NCBI GenBank assembly: GCA_951406725.2
Contig: OX597814.1
Span: 215,450,001 to 215,514,000 of the forward strand
Source of the DNA: Octopus vulgaris
Lineage: Eukaryota
DNA length: 64,000 nt
Direction of reading: 5' to 3'
Shown here piece after piece: positions 12,189 through 29,169 of this stretch; the stretch's first letter is position 1, and each line of letters opens with the position of its first letter. The notes under the pieces are model-generated. The model worked only from the letters and a program-made list of their open reading frames with translations. It made no database searches and was not told the origin of the DNA. The position numbers and the translations under genes are program-made.

Positions 12189-14445
12189 GTGTATATTCTT
12201 ACTATGGTTTAGAAGGAGGCGTGTGTTCCATTTGGCCATAATACCTTGTAAGAATTTAGAGATGACAGGAGAGATCTTATATATCTCAAGGGCCTTGAAT
12301 ATCCGATTATGTGGGAAACTACCAAACGCTTTCCTGTAGTCTATCCATAGCATACTTAGGTTCTTCTTTTTGCTCCGGCAATTCTCTACAATCATTTTAC
12401 TTATAAGTTATTGATATTTGCACCCATAAGAATTCCTTTTACGGCCTTTGTGAGCCTGCGAAAGGATAACTCTCTGTTCAAGGAAAGTGTACATTCTGTC
12501 AGTTAATTTGTATGTGAGGATCTTGTAGGTGATGTTGAGACATGTGATTGGTCGATAGTTCTTTGGATTTTTTGTGTCTTCAGTTCTTGGTAGAAGTATG
12601 TTGTTCCTTCGGTCAGCCAGGCAGCTATTTGCTCTGGGTTCTGAAGACATCAGTCGGAGATTCGCGAAATTTTGGTGTACTTCTGTCGGACAATTTAGCC
12701 AGAAGTTAGGAATCCGCTCCAGTCTTCGGGTTTTCCATTTGTAAGACTTCCTAAGAACACATCTTAGCTCTTCTATCCCTATTGTCTCCTATTTCTTCAC
12801 TTTAGCTTCACTTAGTCTCACTTTCTCACGCTCTGTTCAGTCAGCTTTGGCATTATATTCTTTTTTGTTGCTGCATTCCTTCTTCTTCCAGAACTCCTCC
12901 ATTTCCTTAGTTTTAGGTGGGACCTTTACTTCTATCTTAATTTTGCCAATTTCCCTATAAAATTTCTTTGCATCCGTCTTGAATATCTTGTATTGTTGAT
13001 AAAATTTGATTCTTTTGTCATACCTTCTAAGCCATTGGGCCTTCAGTTGTACTCGTTGTTTCAATTGTTCCTTGGTTGCAGGGAGGTTTATAAAATCTTT
13101 GATTTTATATTTTTGGTTGATTTCTTTAGCTCCTTTGGTCTTAATATTTACTCCTCTAAAAAGTTCATCGAGAACTGATACATCTGCCCGCAGAGGTTCA
13201 ATCTCTTTTTGTGTTGTTAATTTTCACTTAAGAGGTCTATTGTTATGGTTAGTAATTTTCTGTGTCGTCCTGATACCTAGTTGAGCAGTTACAACTTTAG
13301 CAGTGGAATAGATGATGTTATTTAAGGTTGTTAGGTCATTTCCCTTAGTACTTAAGATCTGTCTAAGGGCAACATTCTATATCATGATTATGTTGTTGCT
13401 TTTTATGCTGAGTTCTCTGATATCTTCCTTTGCTTCTATGATCTTCTCTTATTCATCCCAAATTCTGTGTCATACTTATCCTAGTGTTCTTAAGATAGTT
13501 CTCCTTTCTCCTCTTTTCCCGCACATCTGCTCTTCGCTATTCTTTCTTCAGCTTACTCGCTGGGACGTACTGCTCGCACACTGGGTTTTGTGCATTTGTT
13601 ACCTATTTCATCTGCGTTGTTGCTGTTTTGATTTGGTCTACCTTGAGACATTTGTGTCCTAATTTGGCTAATTTCAACGTCAGTTGACCTTTTATTCTTA
13701 ATGATGTCTCTACGTACATTACTTAGTTTATTTGCGTCTATATATCAACGTACTTCATTATCTACTAAGTTTCTCGATGAAGTGTAAGTTTCTACTATCA
13801 GGTTATTGTTTAGATTTAGTTGGGCTGTATAGAAAGCTTTCATCACATAAACCTCTTTAGTCAATTTTATGCCTTTTGCTGTAGGTGATGTTGGCGGTCT
13901 AGAGTTAGGGTTATCCTGGATCTGGTTACCTAGTAGATCGTTTTTAGAGAGTTTGGGCGGCCTCTACAACAATTTCACTTTGCCTACTCATTCGCTAATC
14001 TTCACCTACATTATCGTCCTCGAAATCATCACCACTAGGGAGGCTTTTCTTGATTGTTTGAATCTGGGCCGCTTCAAGAAAGATACTCTTCCGAATTATT
14101 GTTTTTTGATTCATGAGTCTATTTTCAGTAATCTGGAACATACACAGATGGTTACAAAGTTCTAATTATCTTTTTCTGTCAGCTTTACATTTGCAATTGT
14201 TTTTCTCTAGGAAGGCTTGTTCGTGACACTTAATTACCTTTTTGTTCATATCGACAGACCACTTGCGTTTGCGAGCACGTTGAATATTTTGACCGATGAG
14301 TCTGGTCTTCCAATTCATTGCTCTCTGAGGGAACCCTACCGGGTGCGGGATATCTTGGACATCCAGTGGGGTTCATACCGTTATTTGGGTTAGAATTAGA
14401 TGTCATCATTGCATTGAAAGAGAATGATTTTATAGTACTTATTAT
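11867..14445 (-). mobile_element. Decayed R4/Dong-clade non-LTR retrotransposon (N-terminus, RT N-half, extreme C-terminus and 3' UTR)
   Basis: ORF pieces QYKIFKTDAKKFYREIGK, KNPKNYRPITCLNITYKILT, NLSMLWIDYRKAFGSFPH (RT), QKIALLGTAHILR (C-terminus). Many stops/frameshifts; both ends in TAA/TAC repeats. Confidence 0.88.
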
Positions 14446-14446
14446 T

Positions 14447-14505
<59 letters not shown>

Positions 14506-15864
14506 GGTGGTGGTGGTGGTGGTGGTGGTGGTGGTAGTAGTTGTTGTTGCTGTTGCTTTTGTTATGTTTCGGCGTTCTTGCATTTATTACGTGCTTTTAT
14601 TGAACAAAGGTGTATGGTTGTTTGACGGTACTGTCTATTGCATAGCTATACAGATACATTCTTTTCAATTGATGGATCATTATTCTAGTATAATTTCCTG
14701 TCAATGAAATATCCCAACTCTGTCTCTACAGCATATGTATTCTCTTTTTGCCATGATAGGAAAGTGAAAAACAATCTGCTTATTTTCCCCTAACCTGTAC
14801 ACATTCTTGCATACTGTTTCATATATACATTCTTACGCATACATGTTGTATTGTATCTCATATCCTTTTTTAAAAAAGATTCTTAAGAGCTTTCAATCAT
14901 TTCCTTTTTACCTAGTACTGGGATTTGTCTATCTTCCTTTTGTTCATTCTTTCCAGATATTAGTAATATACGGTCTTTACATGATATTCCACATATCCAT
15001 TTCAAAATAACTTTTAGATTTTTTTCATGATTTCTATTGCTGCTTCTCTTTTTTGCACCAATTGTCCGTTACCTTAGTTCCGTCTTATATATGTTGACTT
15101 CCTTGAAGGAAAAAACCAAAAACAGTTAAGTTTTTGTATGTTCGTGTTTAGTAGCATTTTGTATTAGTTTCTTATAACTAGATGTTTTTGTAGTCCTGCA
15201 GTGAGTATTTTATAAGAATTATTTTGGTCTCAGAAGACAGTACCTTCCTATATTCGGGATAAACCTAATCTTCTTTATCACATTTTAGATGGTGCATTTT
15301 AAATGCAGTCATTATTTTATGGATATCCTGTCTCGACTGATTAATTCGTTTGGCGTCTAGTTGCGAGTAGTATAACTAATTTATTACTGGGAAAGCTATG
15401 AGCTTTCGTGTCTATTACGTATTGTTTTATATTTAGTAATGTGTAAATAATATGCCTGTAGTATTCTGTCTCGGTCTGTCTTTTTAGCGTATGAGCGTGT
15501 ACTGTAATCTACAGTTCATAAATTAATGAGTTTTGTAGATTTATGTCAGTCTAATTCAAATATATCTGTTTATATTTAACATAAGCGTAGTCATTTTGTT
15601 ATTTAATTTTCTTCTATCAAAGGTTGCCTTAGCTCATTTTCAACCGGAATTTCACACCAGTTACTCAAATACATCCGTATACTATCTACTGGAGTGTTTC
15701 TATTTGTTTTTCAACTGAAGCATACTACATGAAGTCATTCGTATGAAACAGACGGTCGATTATCTTCCAATACCATATATATTCGAGACTATGGAAAAGT
15801 TTTAACAATTCTTTTCTTTATCTAATTTGTCATAGTCTTTTGGCATCAATTCATTAATTCTATT

Positions 15865-16120
15865 TTATAGGTTATTTTCATTGTACTTCCATGCGTTGCT
15901 CTGTGCACCTTGGATACATTCTTTCACTTGTATTAAAAGTTCATTATGTGATGTGCGAGGTGCCTGATACTGTTATTTTCTAGACGAAGAGTGTATTTAT
16001 AAGAATCAAGAGCGTTATATTTATGTATATGTTTACCCTCGCAAGTCAGTTTTGTGCTATTCCTAAAAGTTCTTGCAATGTGTCCGTGTAACATCTTATT
16101 CCTCATCCTTGTAGCAAATA
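15865..16120 (-). mobile_element. Old R4/Dong 3'-end fragment
   Basis: KITVSGTSHI resembles KIALLGTAHI; the 3' UTR CCAAGGTGCACAGAGCAACGC matches the 11900 copy. Confidence 0.6.
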
Positions 16121-16229
16121 AAATTAGCAGTATAGTATCGTTATTATCATTATCATTATTATAAATCTTGTATTATTGTTGTTGCTGTTGTTATTGTTAT
16201 TATTATTATTATTATTATTTTTTTTTTTA

Positions 16230-16279
<50 letters not shown>

Positions 16280-16980
16280 CATCATTATTATTATTATCCT
16301 CATTATCATCCAGTTCAGGATGCACGTGCTGTGTTTCAAACTTATTGCAGCTCTAATGCAGTATATTCGCTTATAAGTATCTTCTTTATGGTTATTATTT
16401 TCAGCAGAATTTGGACACATACAGCGGTACAAACGCTATTTTATGGACTTCACCCGAGGAATGTGTGTCAGACATTTATTTCTACTATAATGGTTAGTTA
16501 AATTATTAGTGTAGTGATCTGTGTAGACCTATCCATGTTAATAAAGGAGGTAATTACCGGAGGTTGAATGAACTCCTTGGAGTACATATTAGTGTGAATT
16601 TTATTGTTAGAACAATTTATATCTTATGTAATTAAGGTAATTGGTGCTAAGAATTGCACTTAGTGGTGTAATTTATGACAGTAATTATGTAGCGGTAAGA
16701 ATATAGTTTATCTGATAATTGCACGCATAATATTTATGTACACATAAGTACTTTCAAAAGGCTAACAAATATAATTTCTGCACGCGTAATTGCAACATTT
16801 TGTTAGGTAATCAAATGTTAGCGTGAATATATAGAGGTAACATGGAGTAGATGTTCATTCAGACACAAGTGTATTGAACAGTTCCTTAAGATAGGAGCAA
16901 AATATGCACGACTACAAGAATATTTTAGAGTTTTCTATCAAGTATTTCTTTGTAGTAGATTTGTCTTTTACTACATATAT

Positions 16981-19382
<2,402 letters not shown>

Positions 19383-20490
19383 AGATGTAAATGAAACTTG
19401 CAACTATAAGTTTAAACTTAATTGTGAATTCAATATTTTACGTAAGAAAGATAACTTAGTCTACCAATGTACAGTTGAATCTCAAGGGAAGAAATTCTAT
19501 GATATAAGATCAACAGAAAACAGAATTAAGATTAGGGTTGCTAACCATTTGCAGAGCTATAAAAATAGGCAAAAAAGAATTCTACCGGATTAAGCAAGTT
19601 GTATTGGGCATTAACGGATAAACTTTGCAGAAGATATGAGTTGTGTACTGAAGAAACGTATAAAATCCTTATATCTAGAAAAAATTTACTTAATTAAAAA
19701 AAAAAACCTTGTTTTCGTTCAGCGAAGGAGACATGTTACCTATTGATATAATAGACTAGCGTCACTGAAAACCTTTGTAACTATATCTATAAACACTCAT
19801 TGAGACAACTGTTATTGGTTACACCACTTATGATACATAATATATTCGACTTTATTACCTTAAATTAACAATTAAAATTTTAACAATATCCTAAGCAATA
19901 ATTACTAATAATTAATAACTAATTTACTGAGATTAACTTAATCAGAACACAGGAAGAAACAAGGAGAGAAACAAGGAGAGAGAAACAAGGAGAGAGAAAA
20001 AATGTGTCTAGTGGCTACCGATCTATCATATATATACATACATACATATTGTGTATTTTACACAAACATTCGCAGAAATTAGCAGATCACTCCAGTTTGT
20101 GTTGAATGTCTTTTATCCAGATGACTTAGATTATTTTTTGAAATACAGATCGTATATTTTCAAAGCAGCTTGTTACTCAAGTTAAAATTACTATAGAACA
20201 AGATTTTCTTTATTCTACCAAAGAAGACAGTGGTATGTTAACTTTTAACAGCATTAACTGGTTGGCAAAGATGCTTCATAATTTCAGGAAGTTGTATTGT
20301 ATATCTAAAACGCTAGATGTTATTCATATATGAGTGACTTATTTTATATAAGAATTCCCTTTTTCATTCAATTATCCTTTGTCGGAAGGCTATTGTTTAC
20401 TACTTTCCTCCAGTTTCCCTTTCATCCTCTCTGACTTTATGATTTATATTTAAGAAACATACTAAAACAGTAAAAAGGAATCATTATGTA

Positions 20491-20661
20491 GGCGTAGGAG
20501 TGGCTGTGTGGTAAGTAGCTTGCTTACCAAACACATGGTTCCGGGTTCAGTCCCACTACGTGGCACTTTAAGCAAGTGTCTTCTACTATAGCCTCGGGCC
20601 GACCAAAGCCTTGTGAGTGGATTTGGTAGACGGCAACTGAAAGAAGCCCATCGTATATATG

Positions 20662-20693
<32 letters not shown>

Positions 20694-20892
20694 CATATGT
20701 TTGTGTATCTGTGATTGTCCCCCCAACATCGCTTGACAACAGATGCTGGTGTGTTTATGTCCCCGTTACTTAGCGGTTCAGAATAAGTACTAGGCTTACA
20801 AAGAATAAGTCCTGGGATCGATTTGCTCGACTAAAGGCAGTGCTCCAGCATGACCACAGTCAAATGACTGAAACAAGTAAAAGAGTAAAAGA
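20491..20892 (+). mobile_element. SINE family A (full length)
   Basis: Colinear with 498-907. Confidence 0.9.
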
Positions 20893-22711
20893 TATATATA
20901 TGTGTGTGTGCGTGTGTGTGTGTGTGTGCGTGTTTTTGTGAGTGTAATCAAATTTACGCACGCAGTCGCATGTACATGCACCCAGACACACTCACACATA
21001 TACACTCAGAAAAACAATAACAAAATAAAAAAAAAACTTATTCTAAATAATGGAAACTAAACGTGATCCCATAACACGTTTAAACAATCAAATTAGATTA
21101 AAGAGAAATTCGAAAGAAAGTTTTATTAAAACCTCCACGTTTTTCTGATTTTCTGTTATGATAAAATAGCTATGCAATGACCGACGAAACATACTTAAAT
21201 CAGAAAATATTGTCAGCAACTAAGTATATTCTTGAATCATTCAGAAAACCTTTATTAATAACTATCATCAATATCCGGCTTTGTTGATTTATTAATAGCA
21301 AAAACAAATATTATACAAACATGTGAAATCACTATATTTTGGATATATTGTTGTCAAAAGATGTTGGCAATTTCCAATTGTTTTAAGAATGTTTGATTCT
21401 CTCAGAATTGTTGCATTCCAGCAATACAGAAGATATTTCATACTGAGCTTCCTAAAAATGCGTAAAAGAATAAAAAAGCAATTATAGAACCTAATTTGTA
21501 TGTTTGGTACATATTTTATTTTGCGAAGAAACATGCTTTTCACATCATTTCTCTAAATTAATTATTTTTCTAATCAGTTACTTTTCCAATATCTTTCGCT
21601 GTTCTCGGGTGTATATAATATTCTTAATTTTTTTTAATTCAGATCAAAATTTCAGAAAATAGTCACGCAGCCAATGAATTGTCCATGTATGGATACACAA
21701 AATTTCAGCTATGTGAAAAACTTTCGACTACAACGTTTTCAGAAATAATATATCTAGTACAAACATTATTTAAATGTTGTTCTTTTTCTTAGGTATTTGG
21801 TTTTGGAATATACAGGTTGCTCTCCATTGCTTCTTCTTAAACTGAGAAAATATTCTCAGATATTTGATACACATATTCACACACGCTCACACACACACTC
21901 ACACACACACATACACACACACACACACACACATACACGCACACACATTTCTGAAAGTGCAAAACAAAACTAGAATTCCTTTTTATCTGACTAACCTATA
22001 ATTATCCAGTTATCTCAGCGCTCATCTGCAGCATTTCTTAATATTTGAGATGAAATTTCTAGTTAAGGTACCTGTATCAAATAGAAATAAATTTCACCAC
22101 CACGACTGTGCGGCTGAAATTGATTTTATCAATTTTCTGCTGATCAGTAAAACTTAGTAAATTTAACACATCTAAATTAATGATCCAAAGGACAGAACAA
22201 AACTATAATTTCTCAGTTTAAGTATCTTAGTAATGAAGTTCACTTTCATTTTCCTCTGCTGAGGAAATGCTGTTATATTTCGAAAGTAAGATAGAAAACT
22301 AGTTCATTATTGCTTGTCTATTTTGGAGACAACATTTAAGGGAAGTCGTCAGTGCAGTTTTACTAGTCTACTGTGGCTTACCTTTCCGATGTATAATGAC
22401 CATACCTCCTTAAAAATATAAATTTGCTTAACCAATTTAACTTTATGATATTTTTAATACCTAAGTAGCATCGGTTGTTGAGAAGTGAATGTTTTTTAAA
22501 TCAGAAACTACGTTTAATGTGCCACATGTGAAACGACTATCCGTTTAGTTGATTGTTTAACACTTATTTGACTGGGCCATCAGCCTTTCACTATATTTTA
22601 ATGAATTTTGTTTAGTTAATACTTTCATTTATTCGTTAATGTACTGAAAATTGAGTACTACTAACATTTACAAAATGAGTTGGTATATACAAACTTAAAA
22701 ATTCAGGTAAG

Positions 22712-23205
22712 CTCCTCCTCCTCCTCCTCCTCCTCCTTCTTCTTCTTCTTCTTCTTCTTCTTCTTCTTCTTCTTCTTCTTCTTCTTCTTCTTCTTCTCCT
22801 CCTTCTTCTTCTTCTCCTCCTCCTTCTTCTTCTTCTTCTTCTTCTTCATCATCATTATCATCGTCATCTTCTTCTTCTTCCTTTTCTTCTTCTTCTCCTT
22901 CTTTTTCTTCTTCTTCTTCTTCTTCTCCTCCTCCTTCTTCTTCTTCTTCTTCATCATCATCATCATCATCATCTTCTTCTTCTTCCTTTTCTTCTTCTTC
23001 TTCTTCTTCTTCTTCTTCTCCTCCTCCTTCTTCTTCTTCTTCTTCATCATCATCATCATCATCTTCTTCTTCCTTTTCTTCTTCTTCTCCTTCTTTTTCT
23101 TCTTCTTCTTATAATTATTATTATTATTATTATCATTATTATTATTATTAATATTATTCATCTTCTCCTCCTCCTTCTCTCTCTCTCTCTCTCTCGCTCT
23201 CTCTT
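22712..23205. repeat. Compound (CTT)n/(CCT)n/(CAT)n microsatellite with higher-order block repeats
   Basis: The block CTCCTCCTTC...CATCATCAT...CTTCCTTTTCTTC recurs three times. Confidence 0.9.
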
Positions 23206-24308
23206 CCCCTTTCTGAGAGAAATTGGCTGTGGTCAGATCTGGACAGGGTGAGCTCCGACAGATTTAGACTTCCATGACACTTCCATAACGCCGTGAGAAT
23301 TTGAAGGTCCGAAACATGACAAAAGAAGCTCAAGTAAACTAAATCACAAATAAAATCTTACCAAAATACACACTTCAATGTGTGAACTCAGACTTCGCAT
23401 TTTAGCGATTCAGGGTATTACAATGCTACACACATATTTGATCACGATTAACACAACTCTAATCCGATTTCTAGAATAATATATTTATGTTCAGTGTGAC
23501 ACGCAAGATATTTTCCCGCAGCAAGCTAAGACAACTACAAAGTTAGACAGCCGCCTAATGCCAATGTGAAAGGTAATAACGTCACGCAATGATGTCCCTT
23601 ATCCAATAAATTTACGATGCAGCTTTGAAAGAAACTATTCAACACAGAAGAAAATTACTGGACCTCAGAGAGCTGGGGGCGAGTCGAGATTGTAATGTCA
23701 ATTCAAAATTGAAGTCATTAAATTTCATTTACAATGGAAATTCCCTTGTGTGTCACAATATTCTCTTCTTCCAAGTAGCAAAATGCCTTTCATCAACTCC
23801 AAAGAAACTCTGAAGAAATTTATCAGTGTTGGACACATTTCAAATTTAAATTAAAATCATCTGTTTTACGTTCAAGACGCTGGAAGTCCAGTGAAAACTA
23901 AAAGAAGAGTAATGATTTCTTTTGACTAAACAGGGGGCTAATATTATTGTTGATTAGTCCCATGTTAGCTTTGTGATAGCCTCAACGAATATGGCAGGCC
24001 CCTTTCAGGATAAGAAAACTTGCTTCATTCTTTCTTTTTTATTTTGAGAGACAGAGATAGATCAGGTTTTTCTTCCTTCGTTCCTGTATGTAATCGTCAG
24101 GCAGAATGACGCTATTCTGTGGAACACATCTCTCTCACAGTGTCTCTTCGAAATCAGATTCATATACAATTATTCTGGGTTATTTAGTACACTGCCCAAG
24201 TTGCTGTTGCCATGTGAAATAGCAGAAAAATATTCATTAGGGTGTGCTTGTATATGTCAGTATTATTGTTGTCAATGAAAATATTTTCACTCGACGTATT
24301 CAACCCAG

Positions 24309-24375
<67 letters not shown>

Positions 24376-24706
24376 TTGCAGTTATAATATTAGTTTTCTT
24401 TTAGTTCGTACGTTCAGGATAGATATCTTGTCCTGCAAATAATTGACTGTTGTTATTCTCTATTTGTTAATTGTGTTATTTTGTTCACCAACAATTTTAA
24501 TTTTGGTTTGGAATTTTTGCAGCAATTTTTGAGTGTAGATAACACTAAGAAGAAACAAAATTTTCCTCACAAACAAAGACTTATTTTCCTATATCTAAAC
24601 ACTGCTTGGTGAAACTTTCGCGAGTAAGTTCATTAAAACTCTATTGCATGCTCTAAAATTCCTTCACTTCTACAAGTGACATGAACAGACACCAAGTACA
24701 GCAGTA

Positions 24707-24777
<71 letters not shown>

Positions 24778-24904
24778 CTCTATGTAATCCCAAGGTTTAA
24801 AACAAACTTTTTTGTTTATTTATTTTAATTTTTTTTATTTATTTATTTTTTTATTTTTTTATTTTTTTATTTTTTTAAAATTTATTTATTTATTTTTATT
24901 TTTA

Positions 24905-25048
24905 TGTATTAGACATTCACTAGTACAACACCAAAAAAAAAAAAAAAACCCAAATATACGGCACAGAACTTCCAACCTGTTGTCTCTTGAGGTCTCTGGG
25001 TGAGACTTGGAGCCAACTTGTACAGACATAAAGCAAAAGTCAAACATA

Positions 25049-25133
<85 letters not shown>

Positions 25134-25920
25134 CGTCATAAAGCTAGCCCAAAATCACGCCAAAAGGGGCACGTTAGCATGGCTAACTTCGTCCACTAGA
25201 GGGTATGTGAAAAGTACGGCCTGAACAGAGCACAAAAATGGTACGAACATGAACCAGGAGTTACCGAAAACAAGGAATATAAGATACTGTGGTCTTTTAC
25301 AATCCAATGCGACTCCTTAATCGGTGCTCGGAAACCAGATATTGTTGTGGTAGATAAAGGGGGAAAATGAAACCAAGATTATAGATATTTGTTTCTTTAT
25401 TGCCCACAGGGGCTAAACATAGAGAGGAAAAAACAAATTACATCGACCCCAGTGCGTAACTGGTACTTATTTAATCGACCCCGAAAGGATGAAAGGCAAA
25501 GTCAACCTCGGCTTATATAGATTATAGATATTGCAATACCTGGGGATGCACGCATAAGTGACAAAGAACTAGAAAAGTTTGAAAAATACAGACTACAAGA
25601 GGATGAAATTGCAATACTGTGGACAATGAGGAGGTTGTCTGCCATCCCAGGATTTGTAGGGGCACTCGGTGCACTAACAACCAAGTTCGAGAAATATGAC
25701 AGAGAAATCGGAATTGACCTGAGAACAAAGCAAAATCAAAAACTGCTATGTTGGGAATAGCTAAGATTCTGAGATTGGAACTTGAATGTTGACTGTCTCT
25801 CGTGATAATTAACAACCAGGTATCAAAGCTTATAATGTGCAGAAAGAGACACTGTGAAACCTCTGATGGCAGGCTGCTGTCCGCTCTCACAGAATCTACC
25901 AGAACAAAGAAGACCGAGCG
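24905..25920 (+). mobile_element. R4/Dong 3' UTR, (AAT)n, then a second R4/Dong REL fragment interrupted by a SINE
   Basis: KWYEHEP...KILWSFTIQCDSLIGARKPDIVVVDK / IDIAIPGD...EKFEKY...VGALG; flanked by (AAT)n. Confidence 0.85.
25390..25518 (-). mobile_element. 5'-truncated SINE C inserted in the REL coding fragment, 14-bp TSD
   Basis: TSD AGATTATAGATATT at 25376-25389 and 25519-25532; central GACTTTGCCTTTCATCCTTTCGGGGTCGAT resembles the MetaSINE-type core. Confidence 0.85.
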
Positions 25921-25941
25921 TTCTGATAATGATAATAATAT

Positions 25942-26111
<170 letters not shown>

Positions 26112-26209
26112 TGCCCTAATGCAGTACCAGACAGTGGCTCTCGTGTCTTCTGACATTAACTGATTGGAAGTGTTATCATGTATATTGTTTTGTCTTGGTA
26201 TAAGACAAA

Positions 26210-26336
26210 ATTGAACTTCGAAAGGATGAAAGACAAGGTCCACCTGGGCTGAATTTGATCTCAAGATGTAAAGACGGACAAAATGCTGCTAAGCAGTTTG
26301 CCCGCGTGCTAACGACTCTGCCAGCTCACCACCTTA
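26210..26336 (-). mobile_element. SINE C 5' part
   Basis: Reverse complement GGTGGTGAGCTGGCAGAGTCGTTAGCACGC...GACCTTGTCTTTCATCCTTTCG. Confidence 0.75.
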
Positions 26337-27076
26337 TCCTCGATGCATAAATGATTCTTCCACATAGTCGCAAGTCCAGAATGTTTCAATTCACAATAGA
26401 ATCATGTTATTCTAATTAAATTGTTATGACTTTGTTAATGGCATAAATATCAAAACTCGTTCTTTCTCATAAAATACTAGATTTATAAAAAAAAATGAAC
26501 TGTATGTTGAAAAGAAAAGGAAACTAATAATGAAATAAATTCACTTCGTAGCGATCGTTTCAGTAAACCCATTTAAATAATAATTTAAACGACTTCATAC
26601 AGTAATATAAAGTCCTGGTTTTGGTCCCATATCACAAATAAATTTATTATAGGAAATCAGGTGTCATGAGAGTCAGGAGAGTTTTAGTCTAAGTAAAATG
26701 AATTCGTTGGGGAATCGAAGAAGAAATAGCTTAGCAACAAACTGTGTGTACGTCATCAATCAATATTGATAATTTACTTGACACTAATAGTTCCAAAGCA
26801 CTTATCAACAATAGAACCCCTATTACAAAATGGAAACAGCAGACAATCTCATAGGATTTTTTTTTTCTCAACTATTGAACGAGAGGATTCTATGTCAAAC
26901 TATGGTAATGCTATAGTTAATCGTGGTTTGATGTTAAAAAAAAGAGAAATGGAATAAGAGGCAGTGGCAGTTCTTGAATGAGGATAATGTCAAAAATGAT
27001 TATTACTTTTAAAATATCGTTTCAAAAACATTGATACAATTATGCTTTTTAACGTTTAATCAATAAGTTAGATCGA

Positions 27077-27184
<108 letters not shown>

Positions 27185-27258
27185 GCATGGGCATAGAAAT
27201 ATGCATATAAATGTATATATAAGGCATATATCTTTCTATCTATCTATCTATCTATCTA

Positions 27259-27308
<50 letters not shown>

Positions 27309-28089
27309 TATATGTACATATATATATGTGTGTATATATATATAAAACTTAGATATATATATATGCATATATACACATATATGTGTGTATATATGTATAT
27401 ATATGCATATATACACATATATATGTGTGTATGTATGTGTGTGTGTATGAATGCAAAAGGATGAGATTGAAGACAAGAGATACTTCTATGCGCACCCTCT
27501 GTATTTTTTGTCTATGCGTATGCGCATATGTAACTGGGGTGCGTGTGTGTGCGCGTAACACGTTAATAAGCAGACCGATGGAAACGATAGACTTTTAGAC
27601 AAATGTAATTTGGTATTCGTAGACGGAATAATGCGAATCCAAAAACAATGTTTCCAGTAATCATCTTATATATTATAATTATTCCCGATACATGTTGTAA
27701 TTTTTTTCTTATATTTATTTTTCAATGGATTACTGTTGACAAGTGTTTGCTTGTTTTAACAGTCTGAATCGCAAATTATAGATGCAACTTGCTCAGTTTT
27801 ACCTCTGCATTCATACATACCAATATACACGACTAGAGATTGTCAATAATGATTATTATCCGAAATTTTTTTCAGAAGTTTTTTTTTTGTAATGCTTATA
27901 TACAGTACACACAATACTGTTCCGTTGTTCTTTGATTGATCTATGTAAAAGTAATAAGCTGGCAAACTTAATTAAGTTTCACATGTAATTCTTATAATAA
28001 TGCGCGCAAATAAGAAGTTTGTATTTTGTATTGCCTGTGTTTGCACGTGTGATTGCTTGTGTCTATATGTGTTTGTGTGTTTCTGTGTG

Positions 28090-28308
28090 GGGGCAGTGGT
28101 TAGGGTGTCGTACACTCGGTCGTGAGATCGTGTGTTCGATTCCCGGATTGGGTAGTGAGTTGTATTCTTGAGCAAAACACATCATCCCATGTTGTTCTAT
28201 CACTTCGAAATCTGACGTGTGGTACACGGTGCCCCTGTACAGGTAATGTCGATTTGATGGATTTGATCACGATAAACAAATCATCTGTGCGGGTTGCTCA
28301 GCAACAAA
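28090..28308 (+). mobile_element. Degenerate SINE (family-B head); related copy at 57374-57590
   Basis: GTGGTTAGGGTG...GTTCGATTCCC head; shared GGTAATGTCGA...ATGGA body. Confidence 0.65.
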
Positions 28309-28331
28309 TTGTGTATGTGTATATATATATA

Positions 28332-28435
28332 TACGGTTAAAAATTATAAATATCTTATAAGCAAGGCTAAAGAAGATTATTCTAAATAATCTTCTTTAGC
28401 CCTTGCTTATAAGATATTTATAATTTTTAACCGTA
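28332..28435. repeat. Near-perfect 50-bp-arm palindrome (3-nt loop)
   Basis: 28332-28381 is the reverse complement of 28385-28435 except for one extra C. Confidence 0.95.
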
Positions 28436-28897
28436 AAGGTTCTTTTAATATACTACCACACTTCCTGATGGAATTTTTTTCTGTAGAGAAAAAAACTTCA
28501 TCCTTTTTAATAGTATATATATATATACATATATGTAAACATTGGGGCATACCAGCACATGGCTCTCACGCTATTTTGCATATTGTCATAGAGAGCGATT
28601 TAGCCTGCATCTGGCTTCGTTTTCACTACGTAGTATTGATAAGTCACAAATATCACGAAACAGTAATGTCTACCGCTCCAGCAACGGAACCTGACGCGAA
28701 TTGTCTCACTTGGTTACGACTTCCAGATCTTTTAACACCAGGCGTATTGACGAGAAAATATTCTCTTACGCCTATAAATCGCAGCCTGCCCACGAAATGG
28801 CAAAATACATACCTTGTCTATGTGTGTTCGATATTGTTTATATCCCTTGGGCTGCTTCTCATTCATATTTGAACACACACACACACACACATATATG

Positions 28898-29006
<109 letters not shown>

Positions 29007-29169
29007 GTACATATATATACATATATATATATATATATGTATATGATCAGCAGTGAATTACAAAGGTGACTAAACACCTGTGAGTTTTATGCGTGGCACT
29101 AACGCGTGTCAGCTTATGTACTGTATTTTGTGTGTTCTACCAAACGTAGATGCATGTATCTACCAAACG

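Noticed and set aside
22382-22408. 27-nt minus-strand micro-exon (EVWSLYIGK) with tttttaag / GTAAGC
   Set aside because: Such a short match is expected by chance in 64 kb; no corroboration.
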